Below, piece by piece: positions 1 through 10,950 of a DNA stretch of 64,000 nucleotides. The stretch covers positions 1 to 64,000 of the forward strand of contig BLSG01000345.1 of the NCBI GenBank assembly GCA_012862495.1, written 5' to 3'. This DNA is from Thraustochytrium aureum. Taxonomy: Eukaryota. Position 1 is the stretch's first letter. The number at the start of each line of letters is the position of its first letter. The translations under genes were made by a program, and so were the position numbers. Below the pieces are notes generated by a model. It was given only the letters and a program-made list of their open reading frames with translations. It was not told where the DNA came from and searched no databases.

Positions 1-212
1 TTTTTAATCGTGGTTTTATTCTATTCCACTTGGCGGACAAGCACTTGGGGTGGAGCAGCTCCGTGTCAGGGCCAAAGAGGCACGGGTAGGCGGCGAACAT
101 CGCCCTCCAGTTACCGCGGTAACCGTCACCTCAATCCCGTGCCTCGGCAAGAAAACGAAGCTCGCTCATCCTCGAGCATCTCGCGTATGTTTGGTTGTTT
201 GCATCGGTGGCA

Positions 213-812
213 TTAGCCGACCGCGAGGAGCAGCACGAGGATGATGGTCAGCAGCGCGATCGCGACCCAAAACTTGCACGTGCCGCTCGAGTCAACAACT
301 TGGGTAGCATTTTGCGCCAGCGCCCCCACGCGCTGATTGCCAGTCTCAACGCCGCGCTCGAGGTCTGTCAAGAGGCTGACTTGCAGGTCCACTTCGTCGT
401 GGATGCCGCGGCTTATCTGGCCCACCCTCGCGAGCTGAGTGCTGATGGCGTCTAGGGCGCAGTCTTGCTGAGCCACAATGTCGTGCTGCAGCGCCAGGAT
501 GCGCCGCTTGTCGATGACACCAGCCACTTTCTCTAGCTCCTTGGTTGCGGCATCGACCTGCCGTCGCACCTCGTCCAGCCGGCCCTGCAAGAGCCCGATT
601 TGCTCGACAGTCTCCGCGCCGTCGACCAAACCCTGGGCGAGAGCGCGTTGCAGCGCCGCTAGCTCCTTGCTGGCGGCGTCCAGTGTCGCGATGGCCGTCG
701 ACATGTCTGCGCCGGCGTCGCTCGCGCGCGCCCTGACCGCTTGCACGCGCGATTCGGCGTGAGTAAGGCGAGATCGCCATGTTTCCGCGTCCATCCGCAC
801 CGTTCCTGCCAT
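213..812 (-). CDS. Qc-SNARE (syntaxin-6/8-like) with C-terminal transmembrane anchor
   Basis: 199 aa ORF with an N-terminal helical region, a SNARE motif (QQDCALDAISTQLARVGQISRGIHDEVDLQVSLLTDLE) and a terminal TM (FWVAIALLTIILVLLLAVG). Confidence 0.85.
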   Translation of the reverse strand: MAGTVRMDAETWRSRLTHAESRVQAVRARASDAGADMSTAIATLDAASKELAALQRALAQGLVDGAETVEQIGLLQGRLDEVRRQVDAATKELEKVAGVIDKRRILALQHDIVAQQDCALDAISTQLARVGQISRGIHDEVDLQVSLLTDLERGVETGNQRVGALAQNATQVVDSSGTCKFWVAIALLTIILVLLLAVG

Positions 813-1140
813 CGCCTTTGCCAGCGGCCAGTGGCAACCCTCAAGCGAGCTTTGGCGTTCGCTTCGGAAGGGTCAGCTGAGCGGCACTGCAACCGGGAGA
901 CCTTGGGCTGCGCGACCGCGTCCGGCCGGCAGACCTGTGTCAACCCGACAGCGGTCTCGCAAGCCGTCTGTCTCTACGAGAAAGCAGCGAGGAGGGAGCG
1001 AACGAGAAAGCAGCGAGGAGGGAGCGAGCGTGTCGGCGACGCAACTCGGCGTGCCTGGGCGCCCTGTCCGACGTCTTGCTGTCGCTGCGAGGACCTCAAA
1101 CGCCAGCCCGCCAGCCAGCTTACAACGCAGCCAGCAGAGC

Positions 1141-1181
1141 CAGCCAGCCTGCCAGCCTGCCAGCCTGCCTGCCTGCCTGCC
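1141..1181. repeat. (GCCT/GCCA)n tetranucleotide microsatellite
   Basis: cagcctgccagcctgccagcctgcctgcctgcctgcc. Confidence 0.75.
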
Positions 1182-1433
1182 AGCAGAGCGACCTCGTGCG
1201 TCAAATGGAGCAGCAGGAGGACCCTCGCGGTCGGTCGGCCGTGCCCCAGGTCGGTTGTCGTTCATCACAGGCAGGGTGGACGAGGAGGAGGCTCCACCGC
1301 GCGCGAGGCTAAACCCCCACAGAGCAGGCGCAGGCGGGCGCGTGGGGGGACGGGCAGGGCAACATGTCCCCAAGATGCTGAGGATGGCGGCGGCGGTGGT
1401 CGCCGCAGGACTGGGAAGAGGTGGGAGAGCACC

Positions 1434-2510
1434 ATGTTGGAGGGCTTCGTCGTGGAAGTTGGTGGTGCAGGGCTCCTCGCGAGGGACAAGGACCTTGACC
1501 CTGTGGCCACGACCTTAGGTTTGGCTCATCAAGTTCGGCGTGGCCGTCAAAGAGGATCTGCAACTCGCCGCCTGACGACGAAACCTTCGCGCGCACAAGC
1601 TGGCCGAAGAGCGCGTCCCCAAGGCGATCTGCGCCTTGCTGTTCCCGAGTACATGAGCAAGAAGCGCGCAAGGAGGGACGTCAAGGAGAACGTGCGAGCT
1701 GGGCTGGGAGAGGCTCTCAAGCACTGGGTTGTCTCGGCCCTTCCCTGAGCGCTTTCAAGCCGCCGAATAATGCCGCTTTTTGGGCTGTATCGCGAGGGCG
1801 TCGCTGTCCCGTGCGCTCCCGGGACGACAAAGCCAGCGTTGCGAGCAAGACGTCCATAGGTAGCGAACCTACGCACACATCGACGACGCCGCAAATTGAG
1901 GCCCAAGCGTGAACTTTGGGACGGGAAAGATGCGGACTGTGTTCGAGTCCCTCTTCCACAATCACGGGCTGTACTATTTGTTCTCGGCACGAGCCTACCT
2001 ACCTACATCCGGGATCGAACGACGTGTTAGTGCTGCTGGGTGAGCCGTCCACGTTTCTTGTGGAGCTGCAGGGCACAGCGTAGGTATACGAAAAGATGTC
2101 GCGGAACGTTGCGAACCTCACGATTGTGCTTGCGGGGCCAAGAGAGAGGCCATCGTGTATGTTGGAGAAGGGCGACGTATCCGAACGTGGCGCAGAGCGG
2201 CGCAAGCAGGAGTGAGCGCATCTGCGCAGCTGCAGTTTGAAAACAATCGTTCTAGATAGAAAGTCTGGCCTTGGATATCGCCACTCATCGCGGCAAGGCA
2301 GACCCCAAACCAAACCCAAACCAATCGATCTTGATCTCCTTCCTTTCGTCAATTGAAAGAGGTGAAGTGCGCAAAAAGGCTTGGTTGAGGAGCTTAACCG
2401 CCAACTGATGGAGGAGCGCGGGACCCCCTCTCGCCAGCACCCTGCACCTGCAAGGTCGGCTGCGAGATCGGGCCATTGCGCATTCGAAGACTTGGGTTCT
2501 TGCAAATAGC
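1434..2510 (+). pseudogene. Possible decayed gene or transposon relic, family not recognised
   Basis: Protein-like segments switch between + frames with stops (KLAEERVPKAICALLFP, EYMSKKRARRDVKENVRAGLGEALKHW, GKMRTVFESLFHNHGLYYLFS, YLHPGSNDVLVLLGEPSTFLVELQG). No intact ORF. Confidence 0.25.
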
Positions 2511-3006
2511 CGTGCAAGGGAGCATAAAATGATGATTAGGCCTACCATCCATGCGGATTTGACAAGTGCAGACTAAAGAAGCGGGTCAGCAATCTTGAGC
2601 AACTTGCTCTGCCCAGCAATTCCAAATCCAGCCAAATCGCCTGTCTCGGGAAAGACCAGCGAGCGGCAGCGCACCGACCAACCGCATGGAGAATTGACCC
2701 GTAAGGCCTGTAGCAATGGCACCTCAAGCCGCGCAGTTGCCTGCGGCGCAAGCAAGAGGGGAGCGCGAAATTCGAAATTAGTGTTCGTTTTGGTAATGCA
2801 GTGCAGGTGTAAGGGCTTTGCGCGGCGCGGCTCGTTTCCTGTTTCACGCCTCCATCTCCAGAGCTAGTAGTAGAGTAGAGAGTACGGACCTGGAGAATGA
2901 AGTGAGCAACAAGTTTGCAGACGAGGTTGGTCCGCGTTGTCTGAAAAACCCGCTTCGCACTTGCAGCGCTCCCGCACCTGCTCAAAATAGTTCCCTCGAC
3001 TATTCA

Positions 3007-3062
3007 TACGCCGTGCACTAATCTTCCTTGCGTCCTACGCCGTGCACTAATCTTCCTTGCGT
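3007..3062. repeat. 27-nt direct duplication spanning the SDR stop codon
   Basis: tacgccgtgcactaatcttccttgcgt at 3007-3033 and 3036-3062. Confidence 0.9.
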
Positions 3063-4564
3063 TTTGGCTGCGGTGCCCTGTTGCAGCAGCAGAGAGCGAG
3101 CACAACAGCCGCGAGAGCGGCAGGGACCAAGACGATCGCATATATCGCAGGCATTAGGTGTCGCTTGCCATCCGCAAGGCCCTTGGAAAGGAATGACTGC
3201 GCCGTGTCCACAAGCGTGCGCTCAACATCGACGTACTCGTACTTGAAGCCAAGCTCTCGCACGATGCGCGAGCCGTCGTAGCCAGGATGGCGGCCGGTCT
3301 CGGCGAGGTCGATCCCATACTTGTCTATGCGGCCATCAAACGAGGCAATCAATCGCGCAAACCAGAACGGGGCCTCAACGCTCGGGAGCGGAAAGTTAGG
3401 CAAGTGCTTGCGTAGCAGATCAGCCATCTCGAGCAGGGTGAGAGACGATCCGGATTTTGGATCGGCGGCCACAATGTACCTGCCTTGTGCCTCTGAGTGT
3501 TCCAACACATGGACGTGAGCGTTGGCAACGTCTCGGACGTCTACGACGCTCCACTGCATGGGCAGAGCGAACGGAATTGACCCTCTGAGGAGGACTTGGA
3601 CGGCGCCATTGCTTGAGGTAACACGGTTGTCCAACTGCGGACCGAGGCCGAGCGGAAAGTGGATGGTGGAGAAACGGAAGGTTGCCTTTTCTCCCAGATT
3701 GCGCACAAACGCATTTGCGCGTCGTTCAGCCTGCGTCTTCGAGTACGCGTAAGTGCCGTACTCGCTGTTCCTTCGTGGTCAGTCATGCGCAGGCCAAGCC
3801 CAATGTCCTAAAACGCTTATCCAGCCCATCCCAACACCAAGGACAAGGAGAGGAGCGAGTGCCCCTTGCCAAAACAATGCCAAGCAATGCCGAAACAAAA
3901 ACGTACGCAGTGGCAACGTCGTTCCAGTCATTCTCGTTGCTTGGCTCGCGGCTCTCAAGCTTTTTCTTGCTCGGAAAGACCGTCGCTGTGGAGGCGGTGA
4001 CGACCACGGCCTTCATGTTATTGAACTGTGCGGCGTTCAAGGCCGCCACGGTGCCGTTGACGGCGAGGCTGACCTGCATGGCGGGTTGCATGGCCTGGGN
4101 NNNNNNNNNNNNNNNNNNNNNNNNNNNNNNNNNNNNNNNNNNNNNNNNNNNNNNNNNNNNNNNNNNNNNNNNNNNNNNNNNNNNNNNNNNNNNNNNNNNN
4201 NNNNNNNNNNNNNNNNNNNNNNNNNNNNNNNNNNNNNNNNNNNNNNNNNNNNNNACTCCCTGAACGGGTCGGGCTGGTCGAGCTGGGCTTCGAAGAGGAC
4301 GAGTGTCCCGGGCGAGTTGGCTTCCAGTGCACGCAGGTGCGCCGCCTTGCGTTCATCAGCTAGGGACCTGACCGTGCCGTGAACTGTGTACCCTTTCTCA
4401 AGCAGCACCTTTATCACGTGCCCAGCGACAAACCCGGTTGCGCCAGTTACCACAACACACCCGTCCTCCGCAGACTCACCGAGCGCGGCGTGCGGCGTCC
4501 AGGCCACGGCGAGCGCCACCACGGCGGAAATCCAAGTCCATCCAACCAGGGAGGATCCAACCAT
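3047..4564 (-). CDS. Extended SDR (dihydroflavonol/cinnamoyl-CoA reductase-like NAD(P)H oxidoreductase) with signal peptide and C-terminal TM; intron 3765-3906; spans an N gap
   Basis: Motifs VVTGATGFVAGH, VHGTVRS, VVVTASTA and VDVRDVANAHV. Removing the GTACGT...CTGAC...AACAG intron restores YAYSK (YxxxK). Confidence 0.85.
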
Positions 4565-4681
4565 GATAAAAGTAGAGGAGTAGCTAGCTATCAATCTCCG
4601 CGCCTGCCTTGCCAGTCGTGCGCGACGCTCCGCAAGCCGGCACTGCCCAAGGCGTGGCGACTGTCGAGCGAGGACGGAATC

Positions 4682-4801
4682 TGAACTGTTCTTTCTCTTG
4701 AAACTCAATCTTGAAATCAATAAACACATGAACAGTGAAGTCTGTGAACTGTTCTTTCTCTTGAAAATCAATCTTGAAATCAATAAACCCATGAACAGTG
4801 A
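4682..4801. repeat. Two copies of an AT-rich ~57-nt unit (period 63) in a divergent promoter region
   Basis: tgaactgttctttctcttgaaa(c/a)tcaatcttgaaatcaataaac(a/c)catgaacagtga x2, with 2 mismatches. Confidence 0.9.
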
Positions 4802-5474
4802 GCACTGCTGTCATAATAGAGGGTAGAAGATAGTAGCGGGGTAGGGAGTATTCCTCTCTAATACCTAAGTACTTGGTCAATTTTGCTTCTCTCACACGCG
4901 GCGGGTCCAACGGTCAAGTTGGACTAGCTGAACTGAGCTCTGCACGTGCTGACAAGAGAGGGAGCAAAGTCCACAGTCCACTTGCCGCTGTTTTTTTGTT
5001 TGTCAATCCACTTGGGAGGAATCCACTTGGGAGGAGAGGAGTGCCAAGTGGGAGTGGATTTTTACCATTTTTCCAATGCAAATGGACCCTCTGAAAGCGG
5101 TGCATTCAGCGCAGCACAGTTCAGAATCCAGATGTGCTTCCAGTGGGACGTGCCACGTGCCTGTGCTTTCTGTGCATTCTTGTTTCTGTTCTCCCTGCCA
5201 GTCCTGCCAGTGGGCCTGGGCCACACCGGACTGGACTGCGTCCAGCGACGAGCCCGAATTGAACGCCAGGCGGCTGGCAGGCCCAGCGCTCCAAACCCCG
5301 ATCGATCGCAAGGCAAACAGTGCCCACCACGAAACACGACGTAGAGGACATACCTACCTTCCTAGGGCGGCTCCATCCACTCCAGGAAACGACGACAGCC
5401 CGGCCAAGAGCTTGCCGGCGACGCGAGCTAGTGCGCAGAGCTCTGCAGGGCGACTTGCCTGACGCTGAAGAAAG

Positions 5475-6963
5475 ATGGTAGCCGGCAAGGTGATGTGCAC
5501 CTTTGCGGCGGTGGCCGTGGCGCTGGCCGTCGGCCAAGAGTTTGAGCAGCTGAGCAGCTTGAGGGCGACCCTCACGAACGACGTCCAGCTCGGGATCGAC
5601 CTAGGAACAACCCTGAGCGTCGCCGCACTGTGCATCAAGGGTGACGTTAGCGTCGTCGAGGTGGACGGCGCGGCCACCACACCCTCCACGGTCTGGTTCT
5701 CCAAATCGCGTGGCATCGCCGTCGGCAGGGAGGCGGTCGCAGCTCGCAGCCAAGAGCCCGAAAACGTTATCTACGCAGCCAAGCGCGTGATGGGCCTCGA
5801 CTATGAGGACCCTGACAAGCACCAGCACCTCGCAGGCCTTCCGTTCGACTTTGCACCTGTGAGCGAGAGCGGGCCCTGGGCCGGCAACGTCGGATTTCGA
5901 CTTCCTGGCCGTCGCGTCGTCGCGCCAGAGCAAGTCGGCGCTCTAGTGCTGAAAAAGCTCAAGAAAGCCGCTGAGGAGTCGACCCTGCTGGACTGGCTGC
6001 GCCGCAATCTAGGNNNNNNNNNNNNNNNNNNNNNNNNNNNNNNNNNNNNNNNNNNNNNNNNNNNNNNNNNNNNNNNNNNNNNNNNNNNNNNNNNNNNNNN
6101 NNNNNNNNNNNNNNNNNNNNNNNNNNNNNNNNNNNNNNNNNNNNNNNNNNNNNNNNNNNNNNNNNNNNNNNNNNNNNNNNNNNNNNNNNNNNNNNNNNNN
6201 NNNNNNNNNNNNNNNNNNNNNNNNNNNNNNNNNNNNNNNNNNNNNNNNNNNNNNNNNNNNNNNNNNNNNNNNNNNNNNNNNNNNNNNNNNNNNNNNNNNN
6301 NNNNNNNNNNNNNNNNNNNNNNNNNNNNNNNNNNNNNNNNNNNNNNNNNNNNNNNNNNNNNNNNNNNNNNNNNNNNTGGTCTTTGATATCGGTGGCGGCA
6401 CGCTCGACGTGGCCCTGCTGTTCTTCAACTCGTACTCGGGCAACTTTTACGTCGAGACGACCGCTGGGGAGCCCAAATTGGGTGGCGAGGACTTTGACAT
6501 CATCGTGGCCGACTTGGCCCTGGCAGGCGCACCCGCAGCCCTCGCCGCGGCGGTGCGCGCTTCGCCCGGCGCCTACCAAAACCTCCTTGTTGCGGCCGAA
6601 GCCGCCAAGCGCGGGCTAAGCCGCGAATCGTCCGTCGAGGTCTGCATCCCCCATGCGGACGGCGGCACTGCACGCTGCGCTGAGCGCGTCGAGGTGACGC
6701 GAGAGCAGTTTCGCGAGGCGGCACAGCCCAAGTTTTTGCAAGGCACGCGGGCGATCCAGCGCGTGCTGGACGATGCCGGGCTGGACGCCTCAGTGGATCT
6801 CGACGTCGTGCTCGTGGGCGGCTCAAGCAGGATCCCCGCAATCCGCGAGGACATCGCTGCCATGCTGCCCAAAGCGACCATCTACGCGGATGGTGTGGAC
6901 CCGGACCAGGCGGTGGCCGTCGGCGCCGCGAAGAGCTGGGGCTGCAACCACGCCGGCCCATGA
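5475..6963 (+). CDS. Hsp70-family protein, nucleotide-binding domain only, with signal peptide (HSPA13/STCH-like); spans an N gap
   Basis: GIDLGTT, TTPSTVWF, AKRVMG, VFDIGGGTLDVAL, LGGEDFD, LVGGSSRIP and DPDQAVAVGAA, followed shortly by the stop. Confidence 0.85.
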
Positions 6964-7121
6964 GCGGGGACCGAGGCGCGTAGGATACTCTACTTTAGGT
7001 GCCTACGTGATGCATAGTGTAGTTTGACTGGCCAGCGCGGTGCCGCTGGGGCAGCAGTGTAAATAAATATGGTAGAACCTCTTCGTTGGCCGGCGGGANG
7101 TTTTTTTTAAATGCCGTGCGG

Positions 7122-9509
7122 CTACTTGCCGTCGAATACCACGTTGCAGGACGCAGCTCGGGCGAGGTCAGATCCACCCTGCGAGCCGAGCGAAATAAAA
7201 AGCGTTTGCTCGCCCGACGGCAAAAAGCTTGCACCGCTCCCGTCCCTCATCTCTAGGTCGGAGCCGTTGAGAGCCAGGCTGACCGTGGCTTTCGACCCTG
7301 CCGCCACCGAGACGCGCTCAAACGCAACGAGCGTTTTGAGCGGCACGGGCGAACCGCGACTTGCCAGTTCCTCGCGCAAGCGCGTTCCTGGGACGTGATA
7401 CACTTGGACCACCTCATCGCCGGCTCGCGCCCCCGTGTTGGACACGGTGCACGTGACCTTGAGCTCCGCTTGGGAGCGCCCACTGGGTCCGCATGAACAC
7501 CCATCCGTCGCGAACTCTGTGTAAGATAGCCCAAACCCGAACGGCCACAGCGGCTCCCCAGAAAAGTAGCGGTATGTGCGGCCCGGCGGAAGCGACATAT
7601 CGAAGGAATCAAACTTGGCAGCTCGCGCAAACCATGACGGGTAGACCGTGTACGGTAGCTTCCCCCAGCGGTTCGCGCGCCCGAGGAGCAGGTCAACGAG
7701 CGCGAGCGTCCCGTCGCGGTTCGGATTGAAGGCCTCGACGATCGCCACTGCGCCTGGCCCCGCAGCGAGATAGCGCTCTTGCATGCGGGTCTCGAACGGC
7801 GCCGCCCGAGCCGGGCGCGCCAGAAAGTCGACAGAGAGCGCGTTGCCATTGAAGAATACCACCACCGTGGGCTTGCCTAGCGCGAGTACTGCTTCGGCAA
7901 GGGCGCGCTGGCCTGCAGCAAGCTCCGCAGTCGCCTTGTCGATTCCCTCGTGCTCTTGCTCACGGCCGGACCCGAGCGCCAGGACTACAGTGTCCGCGCT
8001 TGTCGCCGCAGCAATGCCTGCGTCAAGGAGCTTTTGGTTTACTGGGCCGTCTTGCAGCGCCCCGGGGGCAAAGGTCACGGCCTCCGCGCGGTCGGTTCCC
8101 GCTAGGCGATCGCGGAGCGCATCAACCAGCGTGACGATACACTTCCACTTGGACGGGTCCGTGCCCTGCGCCTGGATGCATGGCGGCGCACTGACGGCGT
8201 AGTCGCTGTACATCTGGTCCCGTGCTTGCCCGAACGGCCCGACCACAGCGATAGAGCCAGCGCTACTGAGCGGAAGAGCCCCGTTGTCGTTGCGCAGCAG
8301 CACTGGCCCTTGAAGTGCGGCTTGGTAGGCTGCTTCTTGCGCCCAGGTCGAGTTGATGTCGGCCTCGCCAAGCCGATCGTGCGCGCTCGACCCAAACGTG
8401 TCAAACAGCCCCGCGCGGATCAGCGCGCCGTACAAGCGACGGGCGGCGCGCTCCAAGTGCGCGCGGGAGGTAAGACCAGCGCGAACAGCATCTGGAAGCT
8501 TGGAAAACAAGGTGGAGCCCATCTCCAGGTCCGTCCCGTTGTTAAGGGCCATGGCGGCCGCGGCGACATCCGAAGGCGCTAGGATAGGCGGCCCACGCAG
8601 GTTGCTCACCGCGCCGCAGTCGGAAGTGATAATCGCGTCTTCTTGGCCAAAACCCTTGCGGAAGAGCTCGTCCAAGAGACCACTGTTGGCGCAGCTCGGC
8701 CTGCCGTTGATGGCGTTGTAGCTGCACATTGCGCCGGCAGGGCGTCCGATGCGCGAGGCGATACGGAACTGTCGCGTATACGTGTCGGCGAGATCAAACC
8801 GCGAGATGTTCGAGTTACTCGACCCTCGGTTCAGCTCCATCGAGTACGCAGCCAGGTGCTTGAGGAATGCGAGCGTCAGCGGCCGCCCTTGCGCATCCGG
8901 TGCTTGCATGCCGCGCACGACGTGGCCGCCAAACTCCCCGCTCAGCAAGGGGTCTTCGGACGGGAGCTCCGAGGTACGCCCAAACCTCGGGTCGCGAATG
9001 ATGTTGATGTTTGGCCCGAACGCGGTGATCCCCACGCCTTCGCCCGGGGCGACGTCGCGGTCAACGCCTATGTTGCGCAGCGCGCGCAACTCTGTTGCAA
9101 CCACGCGGCCTCGCAGCTCGAAACCAGAGCGGTTGAAGCTCGCCGCCACCGTGAGGGGTCCAACAAACGTGGTGGGACACCGGTCCGGACTTGAACACCT
9201 CCCTGCTGCGTTCGAGTTGGCCTCGGTAAGCCACATGTACTGGCCCACGCCGATCCTCGGCGCCCCGCGCGTATGCGTGTCGCACGTGTTGCCAAACGCC
9301 TCATCCGGCGTGATCAGAGCCGCGAGCTCGTCCACCGAGAGCCCGAGGACGAGTGCGTCAACCCTTTCGCGCCATCCCAGAGTCGCATTACAAACCTTTC
9401 CCACCGGCCGCGATCCAGCGCACTGCAGATAGTTTGGTGCGCCGCACGCACCAAGTACCACGCTCACCGCCAGCACAGCCAAAGCCACCGCCTCTCCCGC
9501 GCGCCCCAT
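7122..9509 (-). CDS. Secreted glycoside hydrolase family 3 beta-xylosidase (with C-terminal Fn3-like domain)
   Basis: 795 aa with signal peptide; GPNINIIRDPRFGR, SEDP, KH, MCSYNAING, ITSDCGAV (nucleophile), GRTYRY, PFGFGLSYT and GDEVVQVY. Confidence 0.92.
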   Translation of the reverse strand: MGRAGEAVALAVLAVSVVLGACGAPNYLQCAGSRPVGKVCNATLGWRERVDALVLGLSVDELAALITPDEAFGNTCDTHTRGAPRIGVGQYMWLTEANSNAAGRCSSPDRCPTTFVGPLTVAASFNRSGFELRGRVVATELRALRNIGVDRDVAPGEGVGITAFGPNINIIRDPRFGRTSELPSEDPLLSGEFGGHVVRGMQAPDAQGRPLTLAFLKHLAAYSMELNRGSSNSNISRFDLADTYTRQFRIASRIGRPAGAMCSYNAINGRPSCANSGLLDELFRKGFGQEDAIITSDCGAVSNLRGPPILAPSDVAAAAMALNNGTDLEMGSTLFSKLPDAVRAGLTSRAHLERAARRLYGALIRAGLFDTFGSSAHDRLGEADINSTWAQEAAYQAALQGPVLLRNDNGALPLSSAGSIAVVGPFGQARDQMYSDYAVSAPPCIQAQGTDPSKWKCIVTLVDALRDRLAGTDRAEAVTFAPGALQDGPVNQKLLDAGIAAATSADTVVLALGSGREQEHEGIDKATAELAAGQRALAEAVLALGKPTVVVFFNGNALSVDFLARPARAAPFETRMQERYLAAGPGAVAIVEAFNPNRDGTLALVDLLLGRANRWGKLPYTVYPSWFARAAKFDSFDMSLPPGRTYRYFSGEPLWPFGFGLSYTEFATDGCSCGPSGRSQAELKVTCTVSNTGARAGDEVVQVYHVPGTRLREELASRGSPVPLKTLVAFERVSVAAGSKATVSLALNGSDLEMRDGSGASFLPSGEQTLFISLGSQGGSDLARAASCNVVFDGK

Positions 9510-10122
9510 CCTCCTCGTCCTCGTGCTCGTCCTCGTGCTCGTCCTCGTGCTTTTTCATCAGGCTCTGCCGCGCGTCCCAACAAAAAAACCAGGGAGATCC
9601 TTTCGCTAACCCTAACCCCCCTACCCCCGCTCGACCTAACCCAGGTCTGTCTCGGGTTTCAAGATTGGTTGGTGGTTGCACCACTTTTGGACATCTCTTC
9701 GTTTTCCGTTTGTCGATTGCAGCGACGGATTACGCCTTGAATTACGCGCGCGCTGTATCATGGCGTCATCGGCGCTGCTCCAGCATTTTTTTCGCTTTGG
9801 CGGGCATAAAGTTGACTGTTGTAAGATACACGGAACGGGCTCGCTGTTTTCATCGCCAGCGCACTTCGCAGCAACAGCCCAAGCACGTGGAGCACATCAT
9901 ATGTTCAGGTTTGTCCAAAGAAATAGTAAAAGCGTCTCCCGTGCCCCTCGCTGCGGCTCCCGCGAAGAGTCCTCGCTCGGTTCGGAAGTCGAGCAGGCAA
10001 GCGAGCATCCAGCAGACCCGCAAGGCCAACGAGCAGAGCGCGCCGAGGAGAGCCCGAGTGCGAGCAGGCAGCGTTGGACTGTTTGTTGTTGGTGTCGTGG
10101 CTGGAAGGCGGTCGCAGGAAGG

Positions 10123-10950
10123 ATGGACAGGTCGAACGGGGCGCGCGGCAGCACCGGGTGCGGGGGCTGCCTTTGCCTCGCTTTTATCTTGGTGCTGTTC
10201 GCGACCGTGAGCCCGTACTGGCTGTGGCAGAGGTCCTGGGTGGTCGGCACGACTGCGACCTCGACGGTGGCGACCGGGTCGTACGTAGCTTCGTCGAGCA
10301 GCGGGTCTTGGTACTGCGGCCCCTTCACTACCTGCTTCATCAACTCGCAGTGGAACTACTTTGACGACTTCAACTCGACCATCTGCGAAGGAACGAACTT
10401 TGACAAGGTCGGCAAGTTCGGGTTCTGCGATGGCGGCGAGAACGGCCAGTACAGGGTTCCGAAGCAGGTGGGCCAGATCCAGGCGCTCATGGTCACCTCG
10501 TCTGTGGTCCTGTTCTTTGCCTCCATCATGGCGATGGTTGCGCCGGCCTCGGGCGGCAGCAAGGTCGGGTTTATAGCCGCGGTGCTGGCGCTCGTTGCCA
10601 CGTGTACTACCTGCGCCGCCTTCTCCGTTGCGGCGAGCTACGACTGGTACCAACAGTTGCGAGCTGGAACAGGATTCTTGCCCTTCGTCTCCACGGGTTC
10701 GAGTTGCCTTTCCACCACAAGCACCTGCCTTTTCATCAGCAGCACACCAACCGAGCTCTGGTGGGGACCGGCCTTTGGCAGCACTGTGACCGCCTTTGTA
10801 ATCTCTCTCTTTGCCACAGCGTCACTCTTTGCGGTTTCGAAGTCGCTTGATTCGGACGACATTGACGGGACGTACGGCCAGGGCGGCCAGGGCGACCAGG
10901 GCGACGGTGGCCAAGCGGCAGAGTACGGTTATGGCGTCGAGAAGGCTTGA
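10123..10950 (+). CDS. Four-TM membrane protein (claudin/PMP22-like topology), paralog of 13561-14421
   Basis: Four hydrophobic helices and a Cys-containing first loop; shares FATVSPxWLWQ, DFNxTxC and FDKxGKxGFCxGGxNG with the paralog. Confidence 0.75.
   Translation: MDRSNGARGSTGCGGCLCLAFILVLFATVSPYWLWQRSWVVGTTATSTVATGSYVASSSSGSWYCGPFTTCFINSQWNYFDDFNSTICEGTNFDKVGKFGFCDGGENGQYRVPKQVGQIQALMVTSSVVLFFASIMAMVAPASGGSKVGFIAAVLALVATCTTCAAFSVAASYDWYQQLRAGTGFLPFVSTGSSCLSTTSTCLFISSTPTELWWGPAFGSTVTAFVISLFATASLFAVSKSLDSDDIDGTYGQGGQGDQGDGGQAAEYGYGVEKA

Noticed and set aside
4682..4801. CRISPR-like repeat array (also considered for 39843-39930)
   Set aside because: Only two adjacent copies, no unique spacers, no cas genes, and a eukaryotic context.
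9606..9618. Telomere-like CTAACCCTAACC (also GGGTTAGGGTTT near 38087)
   Set aside because: Only about two units; too short to call an interstitial telomere or a functional telobox.
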